From assembly GCF_023585745.1 (NCBI RefSeq), contig NZ_CP097762.1, forward strand, positions 510,001-542,000: a DNA stretch of 32,000 bases. Reading direction: 5' to 3'. Below are positions 29,145-32,000 of the stretch, piece by piece. The notes under the pieces were generated by a model. The model did no database searches and was not told the DNA's origin. It worked only from the letters and a program-made list of their open reading frames with translations. Source of the DNA: Candidatus Saccharimonadota bacterium. GTDB taxonomy: Bacteria; Pseudomonadota; Gammaproteobacteria; Enterobacterales; Enterobacteriaceae. Within the stretch, counting starts at the first letter, position 1, and the number at the start of each line of letters is the position of its first letter. The position numbers and the translations under genes are program-made.

Positions 29145-31043
29145 TTATAAAAACACAAATATAGTAACAATTAATATTGTTATTGCTCCTATATTCATAG
29201 ATACTATATAACAACTTATTTTTCCATTACTAATTAATACCAAAATATTTTTTAACCAACACAAAAACCATACCATAGTTTTTGTTACCATATCTAATGG
29301 ATCACAATCAGACAATTTCTTTACTATAAATAAATATGGTTTTACAAAAGTAAATTTGTATAACCAATCAAATCCCCAACCATAATAACATAACAAAATT
29401 ATATGTCGTTTTATTAAACATAAAATATTACTATTAATTACCTTGCGCGACCCAACAAATTTTTGGGGAATAGAATTCTTCCAAAATACTGATGCTACCC
29501 AAATAGAAAAAATACTTAACACTCCAAATATCAATCCATAAAATATTTTAATATAACTAAAATACTCATTTATTCTGATATTTATAGCATCTATTGATAT
29601 AGGTAATGTGATCCAACTACTAATAAATGTAGAAAATATTAATAATATAATTAAAGGAAAACTATGAGTTATTTTATTCTTACATACACATAAATGATTT
29701 TTTTTTAACCCATGAAAAATTACAAAAATCATACGAAATGTGTATATTGGAGTTAAGATAGCTCCTAATAATCCGGAAAAAAAGAAAAAATAGTTATTAC
29801 TGAATAAAGTTTCTAACATAATCATTTCTTTTGAATAAAAACCAGAAGTAATTATAGGAGCACCAGATAAAGATAAACCACCCACTAAAAAACAAATATA
29901 TATTAACAATACCGATTTATATGAAACTCCCATCTTAAAAATATTTTGTTCATTACGACAAATATAAATCAATGACCCCGCCGCTAAAAATAACAAAGCT
30001 TTAAAAAAGGCATGAGTCATTAAATGTAGCATTGCTGCATACCAATGCCCACCTCCTAATGCCAGAAACATATATCCTATTTGACTTACAGTAGAATACG
30101 CTAAAATTTTTTTAATATTACTTTGTAATAATGCTGAAAAACCAAATAACACTATTGTTAATGATCCAATTAAACCGATTAAATATAATATTTTCGGAGT
30201 TACCAAAAAAAAATTGCTCATACGAATTATTAAATATACCCCAGCAGTTACCATAGTAGCTGAATGAATTAATGCTGAAACCGGTGTTGGCCCAACCATT
30301 GCGCTTATTAACCAATTCTGTAAAGGCAATTGTGCCGATTTACCAAGAGCTCCAATCAATAACATAAAAGATATCCACGCTGTTAAATTTCCAAAATTAT
30401 CATGTGATACATACTTTAATTCTAAACCTATTAATTCACTAAAATTTAAAGTGTGATATTGATGATAAATCATGAATAAAGCACATAGCATGCATATATC
30501 TGAAAAACGTGTAATAATAAATGCTTTTAAAGCAGCTATGCCATTAATTTTATTTAAATGATAAAACCCAATTAACAGATAACTACATAGTCCTACAACT
30601 TCCCAACCAAAATACATTAATAATAAATTCTCTGATAATACTAAAAGCACCATATTTGCTATGAATAAATTAGTATATGCAAAAAATCGAGCATACCCCT
30701 CGCTACCACTCATATACCACGCTGAATACACATGAATAATTAACCCAATACCAATAATTATTGATAACATTATTAATGATAATCCATCTAATCTTAACGA
30801 TATCGGAATACATACAAAATCCATAGGAATCCAATTCCACATGTTTTTGATAAAAACAAAATTTAAATCATCATAAAAACTATGATACGTATCAAATATT
30901 ATATAAATAGTAACAAAACTTGATAGCCCTATAGATCCGACCCCAACTGCTGCAGAAATATTCTCTGACCATTTCCCCTGAGAAATAGCCAAAACAACAA
31001 ATCCCAACAACGGAAACAATATAGTTAATTCAAGAAAATTCAT
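29145..31043 (-). CDS. nuoL: NADH-quinone oxidoreductase subunit L
   Basis: Collinear with E. coli NuoL from [28 protein letters not shown]. Also [117 protein letters not shown] place the start at the ATG 31043..31041 (632 aa), which overlaps the nuoK stop as ATGA. The track's 31082 start adds 13 non-homologous residues. Confidence 0.95.
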   Translation of the reverse strand: MNFLELTILFPLLGFVVLAISQGKWSENISAAVGVGSIGLSSFVTIYIIFDTYHSFYDDLNFVFIKNMWNWIPMDFVCIPISLRLDGLSLIMLSIIIGIGLIIHVYSAWYMSGSEGYARFFAYTNLFIANMVLLVLSENLLLMYFGWEVVGLCSYLLIGFYHLNKINGIAALKAFIITRFSDICMLCALFMIYHQYHTLNFSELIGLELKYVSHDNFGNLTAWISFMLLIGALGKSAQLPLQNWLISAMVGPTPVSALIHSATMVTAGVYLIIRMSNFFLVTPKILYLIGLIGSLTIVLFGFSALLQSNIKKILAYSTVSQIGYMFLALGGGHWYAAMLHLMTHAFFKALLFLAAGSLIYICRNEQNIFKMGVSYKSVLLIYICFLVGGLSLSGAPIITSGFYSKEMIMLETLFSNNYFFFFSGLLGAILTPIYTFRMIFVIFHGLKKNHLCVCKNKITHSFPLIILLIFSTFISSWITLPISIDAINIRINEYFSYIKIFYGLIFGVLSIFSIWVASVFWKNSIPQKFVGSRKVINSNILCLIKRHIILLCYYGWGFDWLYKFTFVKPYLFIVKKLSDCDPLDMVTKTMVWFLCWLKNILVLISNGKISCYIVSMNIGAITILIVTIFVFL

Positions 31044-31342
31044 CCACGCATCTCTCCAATATTGTCGGTATGTAATGTACAATAACGACGATATAATTGA
31101 AGTAATAAAGCTAAAGCAATGGCAGATTCAGAAGCAGCTAAAGTAATTATTAAAATATACATAATCTGACCGTCTGTTTGATTTGTATATGCTCCAACTA
31201 TTACAAAAGCTAAAGCAGCAGAATTAATCATAATTTCTAGGGACAATAAGACAAATAACAAGTCACGCCTTATTATTACTCCTATTAAACCTAAAAAAAA
31301 TAAAATTACAGATAAACTTAAACCATGCGATAAAGGAATCAT
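31040..31342 (-). CDS. nuoK: NADH-quinone oxidoreductase subunit K
   Basis: 100 aa, the same length as E. coli NuoK. MIPL.HGL.L..ILF.LGL.G..IRR.LLF.L..LEIMIN..ALAFV..G.Y..QTDGQ.MYIL.I.LAA.E..I.LALLLQL.RR......D...EMRG. Confidence 0.96.
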   Translation of the reverse strand: MIPLSHGLSLSVILFFLGLIGVIIRRDLLFVLLSLEIMINSAALAFVIVGAYTNQTDGQIMYILIITLAASESAIALALLLQLYRRYCTLHTDNIGEMRG

Positions 31343-31896
31343 ATCCTATTTTCTTTTGACTTACTAGATACACTATAATTATTAGATAACTTATGTTCTT
31401 GTGCTAAATAAAAAACCGAGATTAAAGCACCTAATAATAAAAAAGATGCCAATTCTACTATAAATATATAAGGACCAAATAATGCTATACCTACTTGTTT
31501 AATGCCCACTGCTTGATTTTGTATACTTATAAAAGAATTTGGAATTTTAAAACATACATATAGTACAATTGCGCATAAAATACTATTTAAAATAATTATA
31601 CCACAGCACCAACTAAGTTTTATAAAATTATTTTTACCTGTATTTTTTATGCTAAATATAATGTTATTAGTATTAAGCATCATGACAGAAAATATAAACA
31701 AAATCATAATAGCTCCAGCATATATAATTACTTCTACAGCGCCAGCGATAGGTGCTCCTACAATAAAAAAAATACAGGATATTGCTAAAAAAGACATTAT
31801 CAAAAATAATAATGCATATACTGGATGACGATTGAGTATGACACATATTGTAGAAATTATTGCTAAAATCCCAAAAAAATAAAATAAAACTACCAT
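31339..31896 (-). CDS. nuoJ: NADH-quinone oxidoreductase subunit J
   Basis: 185 aa versus 184 in E. coli. Motifs: NPV.ALL.LI.S.LAIS..FF..GA..AGA.E.I.YAGAIM.LF.F.VMMLN, GI.LFGPY....ELAS.LLL. AGGTG SD upstream of the ATG at 31896. The stop overlaps the nuoK start by 4 nt. Confidence 0.95.
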   Translation of the reverse strand: MVVLFYFFGILAIISTICVILNRHPVYALLFLIMSFLAISCIFFIVGAPIAGAVEVIIYAGAIMILFIFSVMMLNTNNIIFSIKNTGKNNFIKLSWCCGIIILNSILCAIVLYVCFKIPNSFISIQNQAVGIKQVGIALFGPYIFIVELASFLLLGALISVFYLAQEHKLSNNYSVSSKSKENRI

Positions 31897-31925
31897 TTTA
31901 TATTCACCTACACAATTTTATAAAA

Positions 31926-32000
31926 CTAAGGTAATATATTTTTGACATTTATAGGAACTGATTCATTATGTGCGCTACCTTTCTGTTTGCCTATATATGC
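31926..32000 (-). CDS. nuoI: NADH-quinone oxidoreductase subunit I, C-terminal 24 codons plus stop; the gene continues beyond the window end
   Basis: Not in the ORF track. Reverse translation of 32000..31929 gives AYIGKQKGSAHNESVPINVKNILP, followed by TAG (31928..31926). The tail PINVKNILP* resembles the E. coli NuoI C-terminus (..KPIDVKSLLP*), and the position upstream of nuoJ is as expected. Confidence 0.75.
   Translation of the reverse strand, partial: AYIGKQKGSAHNESVPINVKNILP

Noticed and set aside
1754-30315. Fifteen short ORFs in the track (60-122 aa) lie antisense to or overlap recognised genes. Examples: 1754..1936, 3197..3427, 4386..4622, 6779..7111, 11336..11704, 18555..18779, 22721..22936, 25130..25312, 27548..27742, 28913..29119, 30118..30315.
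   Set aside because: Each lies wholly within, or largely overlaps, a strongly supported conserved gene on the opposite strand. They have odd composition (Cys/Ile/Phe-rich), no recognisable family resemblance and no SD. They are typical shadow ORFs.
1-32000. Scan for CRISPR arrays, IS elements or transposases, integrases, phage genes, toxin-antitoxin pairs, restriction-modification or other defence systems, and for alternative genetic code use.
   Set aside because: None found. All sizeable ORFs are conserved housekeeping genes. There is no regularly spaced repeat array. The yefM-yoeB pair that precedes the his operon in E. coli is absent. TGA is used as a stop (hisG, hisB) and Trp is encoded by TGG, so the standard bacterial code applies.

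Overview
This is a very AT-rich segment of a reduced, Enterobacterales-derived genome. The spacers are almost pure A/T. Gene content, E. coli-like gene order and orientation, long eroded spacers and a gene broken inside a poly(A) tract fit an obligate insect endosymbiont. Candidatus Blochmannia or something similar is my best guess; I cannot confirm this without a database search. Gene order: yeeX (partial, -), a 1.5 kb non-coding spacer, hisG-D-C-B-(H)-A-F-I (+), gnd (-), metG (+), folE (-), rplY (+), tRNA-Pro(GGG) (+), ddlA (-), an OmpF/OmpC-type porin (-), gyrA (-), ubiG (+), nrdA-nrdB-yfaE (+), nuoN-M-L-K-J and the 3' end of nuoI (-). All are housekeeping or nutritional genes, and protein identities were recognised by eye against remembered E. 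coli K-12 orthologues. I corrected three ORF-track starts (gyrA, ubiG, nuoL) and added three features the track misses (yeeX, nuoI, the tRNA). I see no mobile elements, CRISPR array, prophage, toxin-antitoxin or defence genes, and no convincing novel multi-gene system. The most interesting signal is hisH. It is split by a frameshift inside an uninterrupted A11 run, so the catalytic Cys lies in neither ATG-delimited ORF. One extra A in the transcript, or a -1 ribosomal slip, would rebuild a collinear protein of about 197 aa. Secondary observations: gene-loss scars collinear with the E. coli map; no hisL attenuator; a MetRS lacking its C-terminal domain; a tRNA gene without encoded CCA; a non-syntenic ddlA; a Cys-containing porin; Ala83/Glu87 in GyrA; a 27-bp palindrome just upstream of gyrA; other A/T palindromes; and a consistent C>G bias on the + strand.
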